This document shows positions 39,400 to 53,101 of a stretch of 64,000 nt of DNA, piece after piece. The DNA is from Raja brachyura (Eukaryota), in contig OY740783.1 in NCBI GenBank assembly GCA_963514005.1, forward strand, positions 75,764,001 through 75,828,000, given 5' to 3'. The position numbers and the translations under genes were made by a program. Each line of letters starts with the position of its first letter. Within the stretch, counting starts at the first letter, position 1. The notes under the pieces are model-generated. The model saw only the letters and a program-made list of their open reading frames with translations. It had not been told where the DNA came from and searched no databases.

Positions 39400-40565
39400 A
39401 ATAGACAAAGAAGAGTCAGTGGATGTTGTTTAATTTTATTTTCAGAAGGTATTTGATAAGTTGCCACATGTGAGAATGCACAACATGATGAGTGCCAACA
39501 GTTTAAGAGGGAAGATACTCGCATAGATGGAAGATTGGCTATATGGCAGAAGGCAAAGAGTGGGAATCAAGTGGGCTTTCTCTGGTTGGCTGACAGTGAC
39601 TTGTGGTGTTCCACAGGGGTTGATGCTGGGTCTGCTACTTTTCACGTATATTAATGATTTGGATGATGGAATTGATGGCTTTGTGGTCATATTTGCGGAT
39701 TATATGAAGGAAGTATGGAGGAAACAAGGACTCTGCATAAGGACTTGGAAGAGTGGAAGATTGGGAAAGTGGGCAAAGAAGTGCCAGCTGGAATACAGCA
39801 TAGCAAAGTGTGCAGTCATGCACTTTCAGAGTAGGAATAAAGATGTAGTCTATTTATTAAATGACAGGATTCAGAAATCGGAGATGCAAAGAGACTTGGG
39901 AGCGCTGGTGCACGATAGCCAAAAGATTCATTTGCAGGTTGAGTCGGCAATAAGGAAGTGAACTGCAATGTTAGCATTCATTTCAAGAGTGCTAGAATGT
40001 AAAAGCAGGGATGCAATGCTGAGGTTTTATAGGGTACTGGTCAGCCCACATTTGGAACATTGTGACAAGATTTGGGCCCCATATCTGAGGAGGGATGTGC
40101 TGGTATTTGAGACGGTCCAGAGGAGGTTTTCAAGAATGACGCCGGGGATGATTGGGTTAACATATAATGAGTGTTTGACAGCTCTGGGCCTGTACTCACT
40201 GGAGTTTAGAAGGATAAGGGTTGACCTCATTGAAACTTACCGAATAATGAAAGGCCTGGATAGAGTGGATGTGGAGAGGATGTTTCCAGTAGTGGGAGAG
40301 TCTTACACCAGAGGGCGCAGCCTCAGATATAAAAGGACATACCTTTAGAAAGGAGATGAGGATGAACTTTTTTTAGCCAGAGGATGGTTAGTCTGTGGAA
40401 TTCTTTGCCAGAGATGGGTGTGGTGACGAAGTTTAGGGATATTAAGTTAGAGATTGATAGGTTCTTGATTAGTGAGGGTGTCAAATGTTATGGGGAGAAT
40501 GGGGTTGAGAGGGAAAGACAGATCAGCCTTGATTGAATGGCCTAATTCTGCTCCTATTACTCATG
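39400..40565 (+). mobile_element. CR1 LINE 3' fragment
   Basis: GVPQG, YINDLD, FAD motifs and 3' UTR. Confidence 0.88.
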
Positions 40566-41268
40566 AATTGATAAATAGTTGATTGTTGGTGACATTGCTG
40601 AAAGAGTACCATTTGGCAGAACACTGGGAGAATTCTTTATTGATCTGTTTTTGTCCTCACTAGTACACTTGCCTGGCCATCTACATTGATGTTTAAGGAT
40701 TAGCAAGGAACTCAATCTGAAAAGGTAGAACAAAACCAAATGACATTTTGGTTTTTTAAAAAAATACACCTTCAGTTAATGCTATTTCTAATCTTGCAAT
40801 TATTTAAAAGTTATAGAAAATCAGAAGTTTGTGATCAAAATCACTCCAAATGTGTAGATGATTCTAGATGATGCTTCAAGATGGTTTTAAGCATGCCCTG
40901 TATTATCAGATGCGCTTTCGTAATGGACTTTAAATAGGGGACCTATCAGCCCCTTTGGGTGTCTTGAAGTGACATTAGCCAAAGAGAAGCACATGTACCA
41001 TTCAGGCATTACTCAGAAAAAACATTTTCAACTGAGGTTGCATGATCATATTGTTAGCTGTGAACCTTGTAACGCAACACTTGGCCGCTGTGTTTTTCTA
41101 TACTTAAGACTACAAACAATGTTGCTCTAAGATCATGATAGCAGTCATCTATATGTCTACACGTGACAAATTAGTTAATTTGTATTTTTAAAAGGATGCA
41201 GAAAAATATTTGTGAAATACATTGCAGTAGATGGGTGCCCTACAGGTTTAATTTTACTTAGTTTCTTT

Positions 41269-41650
41269 CAGGTCAGGTCGAGGGGAGCTCCCCCTGCCAT
41301 GGGTACCATGTAAACTCGATCAACCTGCTCCATGGTCGGATAGTCGGCAACTAAACCGTCTCCCCAACCTGGTTTGCCAGGTGAGGAGGGGGCTGTGGAC
41401 CCCCAGCAGGACCAAAAACAAGACCTGTCAGAGGGCGGAGGAGCTTTTAGCGGGCCAACGGCCATCCACACTTCAGTAGAAGTTGCGATCATTGTCATAC
41501 ATAACATTGTAAGAAATGATGATAAAGCACACACACCAAAATCCTATACTTCCAGCGGAACTGGAGGACAGGGATGTGTGGTGATTCTGTCACCGTTCCC
41601 GTTGGGAACCAGCACCACTGCCTCGCTAATGGTTTCAACGATGATGAATA
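41269..41650 (+). mobile_element. Probable RTE-derived non-autonomous element
   Basis: GC-rich structured head, short (gat)n tail; family assignment from resemblance only. Confidence 0.45.
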
Positions 41651-41744
41651 ATTAATTATTTCAATAAGTAACTAATTGAAATTATCTCCATATAGCTTTA
41701 ATAAAAATATTGTAGTAACCAGGTTCCGAAATCATTCTCTACAG

Positions 41745-41837
41745 GTGTTGCTGCTTTGGATTCAGACGTCTCAGGGAAGGTCGGAGTACGGGCAGTGGTG
41801 TATTATTTTTCAACTACCATCATTGCTGTGATTCTAG
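41745..41837 (+). CDS. slc1a1: slc1a1 exon 3
   Basis: ctacag| (G)[30 protein letters not shown] |gtaata; 93 nt. Confidence 0.96.
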
Positions 41838-42714
41838 GTAATAAGCCATGCAGTGAAGTATTGTGTGTCTGGTAACATTTTTTGATATCTGAAAGTCCAT
41901 GAAGAATTAAGTGCTGTCCTGTCATTGTTTGGGGAATTAATCAGAAAGAATCCAAAAGAGAACAAAAAACTTTAGGCCTTCAGATTTATCCTATCTTAAA
42001 AATGCACGCATAAAAACAATAATGTGGAAGATCGGTGCTAGTTGGATCCTGGTGAGTGATTTTGATGTACATAACTGGTATGAGGAGCTGTTTTGTACAG
42101 TTGTGCAAACTGATCCAGATTGGAGGGCTTCAGTTATATTAGACTGAGGGCTTGAGTTTGAACTGAATCATGTCCTATCATGGCTAAAATGCTAAAAGTG
42201 GAGGTTCTCAAACAGAGCGACTGGTGCAATTATTGGAGGGGCCAGGTATGAACCTTCATGGAGAGCAGTAGGTTGATCATGAGAGCAAGCACGTGTTTCC
42301 CTAACACTGCAATGAATATTGTTGTGGCAGAGGAGAGCACAGAGAAAGTGGATCAGTGCAATGATGGCCTCCTCATCAAAAATGTAGAAAGATCTTGCTT
42401 CAATTACCTCTGCTGTACCAGGATTATATTTGAGCAGAGTCAAACAATCTTCCTTAAAGTAAACTGAAGAGATAGGCAAGGTGTATCCCTTTTAAGTCAT
42501 GCACAAATGGGCTTTTTTCCTTCTATTGGAGCTTATATTTCCATATATGCCTTTGTACACTTAGTGGATAATCAACACAATGACTTTGTGTCTAGCATTC
42601 GTCTTACAAAGAAGCTTGATGCACTCGAAAGAGCTGGATGTAATATACTGATTGCATTCTGCCATGAAGCTTACTCTAAAATTCAACCACTAGCATGTAA
42701 AATAAAATCAACCA

Positions 42715-43387
42715 TCTGATTAAACTTATCTTGTCACTCAATAACTATTATTGCTTGTTAAAGCAGCATTCTACATTTTTGCTTCCAAAGCCAAAAATAC
42801 AAGATTGCACTGCAATCTTTAAACTATTTTAGCGTTTTGCATTCGTCATTGTAGTACATATCGTTATCATGTGTACCATATATTCTATGATCTTCATGCG
42901 AACACGTAATTGAATTGCACCGTGGTGTAAATGGTAATCAATGATGATGAATTTGAGTATGAGTATGCAAATCTGGCAGACCTTCGAGATCATCATTAGC
43001 ATTAAATCTTGGGCCATTTTTGTTTGATGTAGATCCAAGTTTAATTGATAAAATTATATAGAACAAAGTTTTAATGTACATTCAATGGCAAACTTCCTAA
43101 GCATACCATTTATTTTTCTTTGTACAAGGAATTGTGTTGGTCATGGCCATCAAACCTGGCATCTCTCAAAATGCTGAAGAAATTGACAGGAGTGGAAGTA
43201 CCCCGGAAGTCACCACTGTAGATGCCTTGCTTGATCTCCTTAGGTTAGTAAATCACTCAGGATATGCAATTTGTAATCACTTATCTTCAAATACTTTGCC
43301 TATAATTAATGTACTTAAAAAATTGACAGTCTGATTAAACTTATCTTGTCACCCAATAACTATATTGCTTGTTAAAGCAGCATTCTA
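42715..43387 (+). repeat. Direct repeat pair 42715-42773 / 43330-43387 flanking exon 4
   Basis: tctgattaaacttatcttgtcac(t/c)caataactat(t)attgcttgttaaagcagcattcta. Confidence 0.95.
43129..43243 (+). CDS. slc1a1: slc1a1 exon 4
   Basis: tacaag| (G)[37 protein letters not shown](R) |gttagt; 115 nt. Confidence 0.96.
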
Positions 43388-43479
43388 AATTTGTAGATCT
43401 TGTTTGCATTAGTTTAAGAGCTCATGATTGCACAATATTCATGTCCATTGTAATTCCCCAGAAAATGAAGCAGTCAGTC

Positions 43480-44405
43480 TATAAGCAGGCATGGATTAAA
43501 ATGTGCCATGCAACATTTGCATCACTAAGGTCATAGGCCTACTCATCTATCCTTGATGTTCAATGGCATTTTCTTTCCCAAATCACCCACCAACTTCCTG
43601 GAGATTACCATTGATCAGGCACTTAAATAAATTAATACAGTAGCTCAAGAGTACACCAGTCTGTTTAGAGTGGCTCTGTGATCTGTAAGGCAAAAGTCAG
43701 GAGTATAAAGGAATGTTCTTTCTACCTGGGTAGGCAACTCTAAAAACAGTCAAGAAGCTCAACACTATTCAGAAACAGATAGCACAAAATGCTGGACTAA
43801 CTCAGCGGGACAGGCAGCATCTCTGGATAGACGCAATGGGTGACGTTTTGGGTTAAAACCCTTCCTCATTCGACCCAAAACATCACCCATTACTTCTGTC
43901 CAGAGAGGCTGCCTGTCCCGCTGAGTTATTCCAGCATTTTGTGTCTATCTTCAGTTTTAACCAGTATCTGCACCTCCTTCCTGCGACATTCAGAAATAAG
44001 CAGGCAACTGAATGGCATCACATCAACTACCCTAAACATTCATTTACTCACTCACTCACTGGCACACGGTGATTGTGCAATCTATTCTCTACAAAGACAC
44101 TACAGTTATTACCTTAGGCCTCTCCAACACTATCTCTAAAATCTGCAACCTTTGCGATTAAGAAGGACAAGGGCATTAGATGCTTGGGAACACCCTCACT
44201 TGCAGGTTCACTACACAAATACACACATTTCTAACTTGAAATATATCACCAGCCCTTCATTGTTGCTGGGTTTCAATCTTGCATATCCCTAGCCAACAGC
44301 CCTTAGGAAGTACCAGCAGGACAACAGTGCTTCAAGCTGGAGATTTACCTTCACCTTCTCAAGGTAAATCAGGAGTAGTTTTAGTAGCAATGCCCAAATC
44401 GTGAA
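43480..44405 (+). mobile_element. Old CR1/L2-clade LINE 3' fragment with a Penelope fold-back insert (about 43776-43987)
   Basis: Similar to 30100-30950; insert flanked by attcagaaa. Confidence 0.6.
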
Positions 44406-45084
44406 TAATGAGCAACTGAAAGAAAAACGCACTGAAGTCTCCATTACACCACAATATTTAATCAACTTAGTTTTGAATCAAATGTGATTTTTTGAAATGT
44501 ACCATTTGGAACAACTCTGCAAAGATATTTTCGTTTGAATGTTCTGCAAAACATTGATTCTATTTTTTTAAATAGAATTGCAAGCTGGTGATTGAATCAA
44601 TGCAATGATAGGAAATGATTAAGTGGATTTTCAGGTAAAGCTCTGAGCAAGATTTGATCTTTAGCCTTTTTCTAATAGATTATAACTATAACTGGGTATG
44701 TAAATCAATATGCAATCTCAATAAGTCAGAATATGTTAAAAGCGTTTACCGGTAATTATACTTCAGAAAGATTTACTTTGCCTCCAACGCTTTAAACATT
44801 CCATTTGTCACCACCTGGTTAAAATGTAACTTTGTAATAGGTTCTGAAACAATCACCTGTTACTTGGGAGTGGCGAGGAAGCTTTTGCAACATATCCCAT
44901 GCCACATGCTTACATTGTGAGACATTACATTGCATCCTTTTCTTTGCATTTTGAAGCAATTCTCATGTAGGTCATTTTGCCTCATTGCCCAATTCCCTCT
45001 ATAATATTTATTTGTCAATAGTTCCAAGTGTTACTCTTCATTAACTCTTAATATCTGCTCAAAATGTTCAGCTCATTGTCAGAC

Positions 45085-46456
45085 AGTTATAACCATATAA
45101 CATGTACAGCACGGAAACAGGCCTTCTCGGCCCTTCCAGTCCGTGCCGACCATTCATTTTCCCCTAGTCCCATCTACCTGCACTCAGACCATACCCCTCC
45201 ATTCCCTTCCCGTCAATATACCTATCCACTTTACTTTTAAATGTTAAAATCGATCCTGCCTCCACCACTTCTGCAGGAAGATCATTCCACACAGCCACCA
45301 TTCTCTGAGTAAAGAAGTTCCCCCTCATGTTACCCCTAAACTTCTGTCCCTTAATTCTCATGTCATGCCCTCTTGTTTGAATCTTTCCTACCCTCAATGG
45401 GAAAAGCTTATCCACGTCAACTCTGCCTATCCCTTTCATCATTTTAAAGACCTCAATCAAGTCCCCCCTTGACCTTCTGCACTCCAAAGAATAAGGACCT
45501 AACTTGTTCAACCTTTCTCTGTAACTTAGTTGCTGGAACCCAGGCAACATTCTAGTAAATCTCCTCTGTACTCTCTCTATTTTGTTGACATCCTTCCTAT
45601 AATTAGGCGACCAAAATTGTACACCATACTCCAGAATTGGTCTTACCAATGGCTTGTACAATTTTAACATTACTTCCCTACTCCTATATTCAATGCTCTG
45701 ATTTATAAAGGCCAGCACACCAAAAGCTTTCTTTACCACCCTATCTACATGTGATTCCACCTTCAGGGAACTATGCACAGTTATTCCCAGATCCCTCTGT
45801 TCCACAGCATGCCTCAATTCCCTACCATTTACGTCCTATTTTGATTTGTCCTGCCAAGATGTAGCACCTCACACTTATCAGCATTAAACTCCATCTGCCA
45901 TCTTTCAGCCCACTCTTCCAAATGGCCCAAATCTCTCTAGACTTTGAAAATCTACTTCATTATCCACAGCACCACCTATCTTAGTATCATCTGCATACTT
46001 ACTTATCCAATTTTCCACCCCATCATCTAGATTATTGATGTACATGACAAACAACAGTGGACCCAACACAGATCCCCGAGGCACCCCACTAGTCACCGGC
46101 TTCCAACTTGACAAACAGCCATCCACCATTACTCTCTGGCATCTCCCATTCAGCCACTGTTGAATCCATCTTGCTACTCCGCCATTAACACCCAAAGATT
46201 GAACCTTCTTAACCAACCTTCCATGGGGAACCTTGTCAAAGGCCTTACTGAAATCCATATAGACAACATCCACTGCTTTACCCTCATCAATTTCCCTAGT
46301 AACCTCTTCAAAAAATTCAAGAAGGTTTGTCAAACATGACCTTCCAGGCACAAATCCATGTTGACTGTTCTTGATCAGACCCTGTTTATCCAGATGCTTA
46401 TATATATTATCTCTAAGTATCCTTTCCATTAATTTGCCCACCATTGACGTCAAACT
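45085..46456 (-). mobile_element. Young CR1 LINE 3' fragment
   Basis: ORFs 45164-45817 and 45905-46453; nearly identical to the 31668-32950 copy. Confidence 0.93.
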
Positions 46457-46894
46457 GACGATAATTAACTAATTTGATGCACAACCTTTCTGAGTACCTA
46501 TTAAGAGTTACAATTGCTCAGTAAAAATACATCTATAACCAGGTTAACCTTCCTGGCTACCTTCTCATCCCTTGATTTATTTTCTTACTTTATCAATGGA
46601 CAGTATCCTGTATAATTAAAAAAATAATATCTTTAACATTTTGAGTAACCGTGCACAAATGCACTGAGAAAATTATCTTTAATCGTGTGAAATGTGCAAT
46701 TCAGTGGTAAAACATAAAGTGCTGGAGTACCTCAGTGGGTTCAGCAACATTTGTTGAGGGAATAGATTGGTGACATTTTAGGTTGGGACCCTTCTTCAGA
46801 CTGGTTATACTAATCCAAAACATCACCTATATATTCCCTCTACAGATACTGACTGACCCGTTAAGTTACACCAAGACTTTGTGTTTTACTCAAG

Positions 46895-47667
46895 TTCACG
46901 TTATAGGAGTAGAATTAGGCCATTCAGACTATCGAATCCACTCCACCATTCAATCATGGTTGATCTCTGCCTCCCAATCCCATTTTCCTGCCTTCTGCCA
47001 TTAACCCGTGACACCCGTTCTAATCAAGAATTTGTCTATCTCTGCCTTACAAATATTCACTGACTTGGCCTCCATAACCCTGTGGCAATGAGTTCCACAG
47101 ATTATCTACCATCTGACTAAAGAAGGTCCTCCTCGCCTCCTTTCTTAAAGAGTGCCCTTTAATTCTATGACCTCTGGTCCTAGACTCTCCCACCAGTGGA
47201 AACATCCTGTCCACATCCACTCTATCTATGCCTTTCATTATTCTGTAAGTTTCAATGAGGTTACCCCCTCAACCTTCTAACGTCCAGTGAGTAGAGGCTC
47301 GGTGCTGTCAAATGCTCATCATATGCTAACCCACTCATTCCTGGAATCATTCTTGTAAACCTCATCTGGACCCTCTCCAGTGCCGGCACATCTTTCCTCA
47401 TATATGGGGCCCAAATTTGCTCACAGTACTCCAAATGCAGCCTGACCAGCACCTTAAAGAGCCTCAGCATTACATCTCTGTTTTTGTATTGCAGTCCTCT
47501 TGATATAAATGCTGCATTTAATTTGCCTTCCTTATTATTGATTCGATTGGCAAATTAACCTTTTGGGAGTCCTGCTATAACATTCCCAAGTCCCTTTGCA
47601 CCTCCAATTTCTGGATTCCCTCTTCCCAAGCAGCCTGACGTGTGGTACCTTATCGAAGGCCTTCTGA
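46895..47667 (-). mobile_element. CR1 3' fragment inserted in a Penelope pLTR fragment
   Basis: LVRLHLEYCEQIWAP ORF; pLTR sequence resumes on both sides. Confidence 0.8.
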
Positions 47668-48814
47668 TTCCAGCATCTGCATTTCATGCAATCTGCAACA
47701 TAGGAGTAGTGTTTCATGCTTCTGCTTCTAAATAAAACAGTTGTATTTAATTTTAATGTCCATTTGAGATCAGTTGAAAGTAAGTTTAAAAAATTGGACT
47801 GAAGTTGTACCTTTCAGATGAGTTGACAAAGCAAGGCCTATTTGCAAGCCAAGATGAACCCAGTAGGGGACAACCCCTGGCGCAATGGTTAATATTTACT
47901 TCGCAAAGCTCAATGAATATATCTAAAGCAGGTTGGCCCAGAAATTATTCCCCACCTCAGAATCTATGCTAAACCAGTAATGCTTAGAATGGGGGCCAAA
48001 GTGTGGGATAGTCCTTGCAGCAACATTTTATTGCATGTGGAGCCCAAGGTGTTGTGAACAAACAGACCTTGTACCAAATTAACCAGAGAAACTCAGATAG
48101 ATTTTGAAAAGGGGCCTGCGGAGGCTGGGGAAGGAGAAGGGAGTGATAGCTGTAAGGACATTCTCAAAATCATAGTGTGCACCCCACTGCACTTTATCTA
48201 GTAGCATTGTGAAATATATTATCAGTAACACATTGGTAAAAAACATACATGGACAAATGAGTTTGTGCAATTGTCTTTTAAATATGAATTGCACACTGTC
48301 TGATGTCACCGTGCATGACTAGATGACTCAATGTGTAATTGCATCCTGCATGTGAAGGAACCAAAACACATTTGTCATTCTGTGATTCAACTGCGCATGA
48401 AATATTTGATTGTTTTAAACAATATAGTTATTGACAAATAAAGAATCACCATCTTGCACCCAAAGGTGTTGCACCACTGAATGGATTTCTGGATCATTAT
48501 TACCTTGCTATGTGTGGAGGTTTCTATGTGCAAACACTTTAAAATTAATGTATTGGCTGTGAAGTGCCTTGGGACAATCTGGAAGAGATGCAAAAGTCTT
48601 TTTTTGTGGCCAAATATATGGCTAACAACATATTTTACAATTCCCTTATGAAGTCTAGTGTGGCGTGTACTGTCATCTTTTTCGAGAATTCTGAATGTAC
48701 AAAATCTTTGCAGGATATCAGGAAACCAAATGGCTGCATTTTTGTTCATAAGCACACATCCACATCCCTTTGAAGTACTCTTATGCCTGTTGTGCATCTT
48801 TTTTTTAAACATAG

Positions 48815-48857
48815 GAATGCATTCCCAGAAAACCTGGTCCAGGCCAGCTTTCAACAG
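48815..48857 (+). CDS. slc1a1: slc1a1 exon 5
   Basis: acatag| NAFPENLVQASFQQ |gtaaat; 43 nt. Confidence 0.95.
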
Positions 48858-49613
48858 GTAAATGATTTACTATTTCCTTCACCTACTTCAAAGCTATCAG
48901 AATCAGCCAGTTGCATAAGATTTAATTATATTTTTAAATTGCAATTGGGTGACTGATTGAAAAGTCAAAATTTACCATTAAGAGGACATCATAAAGATAA
49001 TTAATTGCAAAATCTTGCTGGATATTATAAATAATGTCATAAATTATATTTCAGGAATATCAGTGGCCAGATAATGCAAGTGATGCCACATTCATTTAGA
49101 TGTCCCTTATGCTTGATGAGGCAGTACAAAGTCATCTTAACCTAATAAAATTGCATAATCCATACATAAATAAAACCAAGTGATAATAAATCTTCAACAT
49201 TTTATGCTTGTGTCTATAAATCATCAGTGAGCACATTTTGCATTAATGTATGAAAACAGAGTGAAAGTTTTCCTTAGAATACTTGTATTTCCTAACATTG
49301 TTAAAGTACTACAATTGAACTTGTCATTTTAATTGTCTTCCTGTAAGTGCATTCCAATTGCACTGTTGCATTCATCTGCTAGCTTTTCCCCTGAGTGAAC
49401 TTGCTACCATTTTAGGTCCACCAGGAATCATTACATCCTTATTTAATTGATTTAATTCTCATTAAATGGTTACAATTGTGATTCTCACTTAAAAGATCAA
49501 AGCAACAGTTTGGAATGCAACTCGCCCCAGGACAAATATAAGACTATCAGATATGGAATTATGCTTCTGCCATAACATAGTTAATTGGGTGCACTAACCT
49601 CAAAATAGGTCTT

Positions 49614-49837
49614 GTTTAAGAAGGAACAGCAGATGCTGGAAAATCGAAGGTAGTCAAAAATGCTGGAAAAACTCAGCGGATGAAGCAGCATCTATGGAGC
49701 GAAGGAAATAGGCAACGTTTCGGGTCGAGACCCTTCTCCAGTCAGAAGAAAGGTCTCGACCCGAAACGTTGCCTATTTCTTTCGCTCCATAGATGTTGCT
49801 TCACCCGCTGAGTTTTTCCAGCATTTTTGTCTACCTT
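49614..49837. mobile_element. Fold-back Penelope-derived mini-element
   Basis: Inverted arms centred near 49741; TSD caaaatagg(t/c)ctt at 49601/49838. Confidence 0.85.
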
Positions 49838-50933
49838 CAAAATAGGCCTTCCTCTGCACCATCCTTTGAATGAATTAGCCAGCTATGACAGATATTCTGC
49901 TATAATTTGAGTTATGGTAATGCTAATTGAATATAACACGAGTGGTAAATTAACTAACATTATTTGCATCACCATGCCAAATTAGTTATGTGAAATCGAT
50001 CAGGAACTGTAAAAGCACTTAAAAGTTACTTTGGAAAGTGACAAGCAGAAAACAAATCTTGCTTTCAGTGAAAATTTATCGAGGGAAATAAATGTAATTT
50101 ACGTAACCTTCCCATAGTAATCAGACAGCATTGTCTCTAAAGAACACAATCCCCTGCAGGTGGCCATTGTAATTGACCAACAATTGCTTCTATATAGAGC
50201 ATAACATACAGCCTTTAGTATTTTTAGTTTGCAGTAATAAAAATAGCTATTAAAAATACCTTTACTTTTGAAAATCCTGCAAAGAATCATTGTTATTGAC
50301 GGTCTGAAACTCTATTGCAATAAACCTCTTTTCCCCATTCCCCACAATTGTTTTAAAACTTGATTTTTTTTTAATAATGTGAAGAACACACAGTACTGGA
50401 GTAACTCAGCGAGTCAGGCAACATCTCTGGACGACAATAGACGCAGGAGTAGGCCATTCGGCTCTTCGAGCCAGCACCGCCATTCAATGTGATCATGGCT
50501 GCTCATCCACAATTAGTACCCCGTTCCTGCGTTCTCCCCATATCCCCTGACTCTGCTATCTTTAAGAGCCCTATCATGGACAGGTGACGTTTTGGGTTGG
50601 GACCCATGTGCGTGAGGTTTCTTACGAACACAACCATTGTGTTATAGCATAGCTTCCTGTACTGTAGTTCCAATGCTGGAACTGGATGGTTTCTAGAGTC
50701 AACAGCTAGGAGAGCAGGTGAAAGTTTGAACTTTCACTTCTATAATGGAAATTTATAACCATGTAATTTCTCTCAAGTTATTCTGTATTTGCTCAATTGG
50801 TATTTGGGTATTTTTTTTAAAAATGTTGATCTGAACTACTTTACCAGTTAATTACAGTGTGTATTAATTAATGAATTGTCCTGACATGTCAAAAACAAGC
50901 TATGTGTGATTTCCTTTTCCTATTCATTTCCAG

Positions 50934-51029
50934 TATAAAAGCAAGCGACAGGAAATTGAACCTGTAAACAATGTCAGCGTTACCACTGCGGTAACAGTTA
51001 CTGTTATAATGACCACTCTGATGAATGAG
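50934..51029 (+). CDS. slc1a1: slc1a1 exon 6 (extracellular loop)
   Basis: ttccag| YKSKRQEIEPVNNVSVTTAVTVTVIMTTLMNE |gtaacc; 96 nt, phase 0-0, NVS sequon. Confidence 0.9.
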
Positions 51030-51129
51030 GTAACCTTGTTTCTTTGCTAGTCATTGCTATCATAATACTTTTATCAGATAATTTTTACATCAAGTTTTTT
51101 TTTTAAGAGTGCTGCATTTGCAATTAATT

Positions 51130-51450
51130 GATCTAGAATATGGAATATTGAACAGTACAACACGGGAACAGGCCCTTCAGCACACAATGTCTGTGCTGAT
51201 CATAATACCAAGATAAACTGATCTTGCCTGCCTGCACATGATCAATATCCCTCAATTCATCTCATTTCCACATGCCAATCTAAACGCCTCTTTAAAACCA
51301 CTATTGTATCTTTTTTCGCCACCACTCACGGCAATGTGTTCCAGGCACCTATGATTATGCCCTTTAGTCTTTGACAATTCCACTTTGGGACAAAGGTTCA
51401 GACTGTCTGGCCCATCCACGCTTCTCCTAATTTTATATATTTCTGAGATC
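51130..51450 (-). mobile_element. Decayed CR1 3' fragment
   Basis: aacagtacaacacgggaacaggcccttc 3' end. Confidence 0.65.
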
Positions 51451-51579
51451 ATAGAACACCAATGCATAGCAGGAAAGAACGAAGAAATTAGCAAAGTAAA
51501 TGTGTCGTTTAGAAAGATCGGTAAGTCTATCCAATGCATTCTATCTTCATTATTCCTCCCATGATGACCCATCCACATT

Positions 51580-52117
51580 CATAGAAACATAGAAACATAG
51601 AAAATAGGTGCAGGAGTAGGCCATTCGGCCCTTCGAGCCTGCACCGCCATTCAATGTGATCATGGCTGATCATCCAACTCAGTATCCCGTACCTGCCTTC
51701 TCTCCATACCCCCTGATCCCTTTAGCCACAAGTGCCACATCTAACGCCCTCTTAAATATAGCCAATGAACTGGCCTCAACTACCTTCTGTGGCAGAGAAT
51801 TCCAGAGACTCACCACTCTCTGTGTAAAGAATGTTTTCCTCATTTCGGTCCTAAAGGAATTCCCCCTTATCCTTAGACTGTGACCCCTTGTTCTGGACTC
51901 CCCCAACATCGGGAACAATCTTCCAGCATCTAGCTTGTCCAACCCCTTAAGAATTTTGTAGGTTTCTATAAGATCCCCCCTCAATCTTCTAAATTCCATC
52001 GAGTACAAACAGAGTCTATCCAATCTTTCCTCATATGAAAGTCCTGACATCCCAGGAATCAGTCTGGTGAATCTTCTCTGTACCCCCTCTATGGCAAGGA
52101 TGTCTTTCCTCAGATTC
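51580..52117 (-). mobile_element. CR1 3' fragment with (tttctatg)n tail
   Basis: ORF RKDILAIEGVQRRFTRLIPG... Confidence 0.9.
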
Positions 52118-52386
52118 AACAGGAATGTTGACAAGGGCTGGTGAACAAGAGTGCTGCAAATCTTTACACTCTTTACACTCATTTGCAGAGGCACTTTTCC
52201 TGAACCGCAGGGACATGGCTGTCGTTCCTGTGAATCACAGCAATATCTATATCCAGAAATGGTCTGCAGGTTTGAGAGTGGGGAGGAGATTTCTGGCATG
52301 ATTGTGCATTTGATCCTCTTTAATTTACATTTCAATAATATTTACGAGTTCTGCTGGAGACATGCAAGTCCATTAGGAGTTGTTAA

Positions 52387-52624
52387 AGGGCCTGTCCCAC
52401 TTGACGTTTTTTTTGGCGACTGCTGGCATCATTGACTGACATATTAGGTCACTGAAAAAGATGTGGTGTGACGTGGCGTGATGTGGCGTGATGATGAATG
52501 GTGTTTCATCAAGTGTCGCAACATTTATTTTGTTGCCGCTGGATTTTGAATTGTTCAAAATCTTTTGATGATCCTGATATGACGCCGGCAGTCGCCAAAA
52601 TAATCACCAAGAACGACAGGCCTT
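52387..52624. mobile_element. PIF/Harbinger-like MITE (same family as 15520-15742)
   Basis: TIR agggcctgtc; TAA TSD on both sides. Confidence 0.8.
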
Positions 52625-52641
52625 TAAGAGTGCCATCAGTG

Positions 52642-52819
52642 GAGACACACGAGATTGCAGATGTAAAAATCTGGAACAAAAAACAAACTGCTGGAGGAAC
52701 TCAGTGGGCTGAGGAGCAGAATCTGTGGAAGGATGTAGGGTCTTCACCCAAAATGTTGACAATTCCTTTCTCCCCACAAATGCTTGACCCATTGAGTTCC
52801 TCCAGCAGTTTGTTCCTTT
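52642..52819. mobile_element. Older fold-back Penelope-derived mini-element
   Basis: Perfect 12-bp TSD gtgccatcagtg at 52630/52820. Confidence 0.7.
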
Positions 52820-52916
52820 GTGCCATCAGTGTATTGATTATTATATATATATACAATTAAGAAATCGAAAATTAGACTATGATTTTTAATTTAGATCCTA
52901 TCACAAATCTTCACAG

Positions 52917-53101
52917 AATAAAACCAAGGACTACAAGGTGGTTGGCATGTACTCTGATGGAATCAATGTGCTGGGGCTTATTGTCTTCTGCCTAGTGTTT
53001 GGGATTGTCATAGGACAAATGGGAGAAAAAGGAAAAATTCTGCTGGACTTTTTTGATGCGTTGAATGAAGCCACCATGAGAATGGTGCAGATCATCATGT
53101 G
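52917..53101 (+). CDS. slc1a1: slc1a1 exon 7
   Basis: tcacag| [61 protein letters not shown](W) |gtgagt; 185 nt. Confidence 0.97.
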
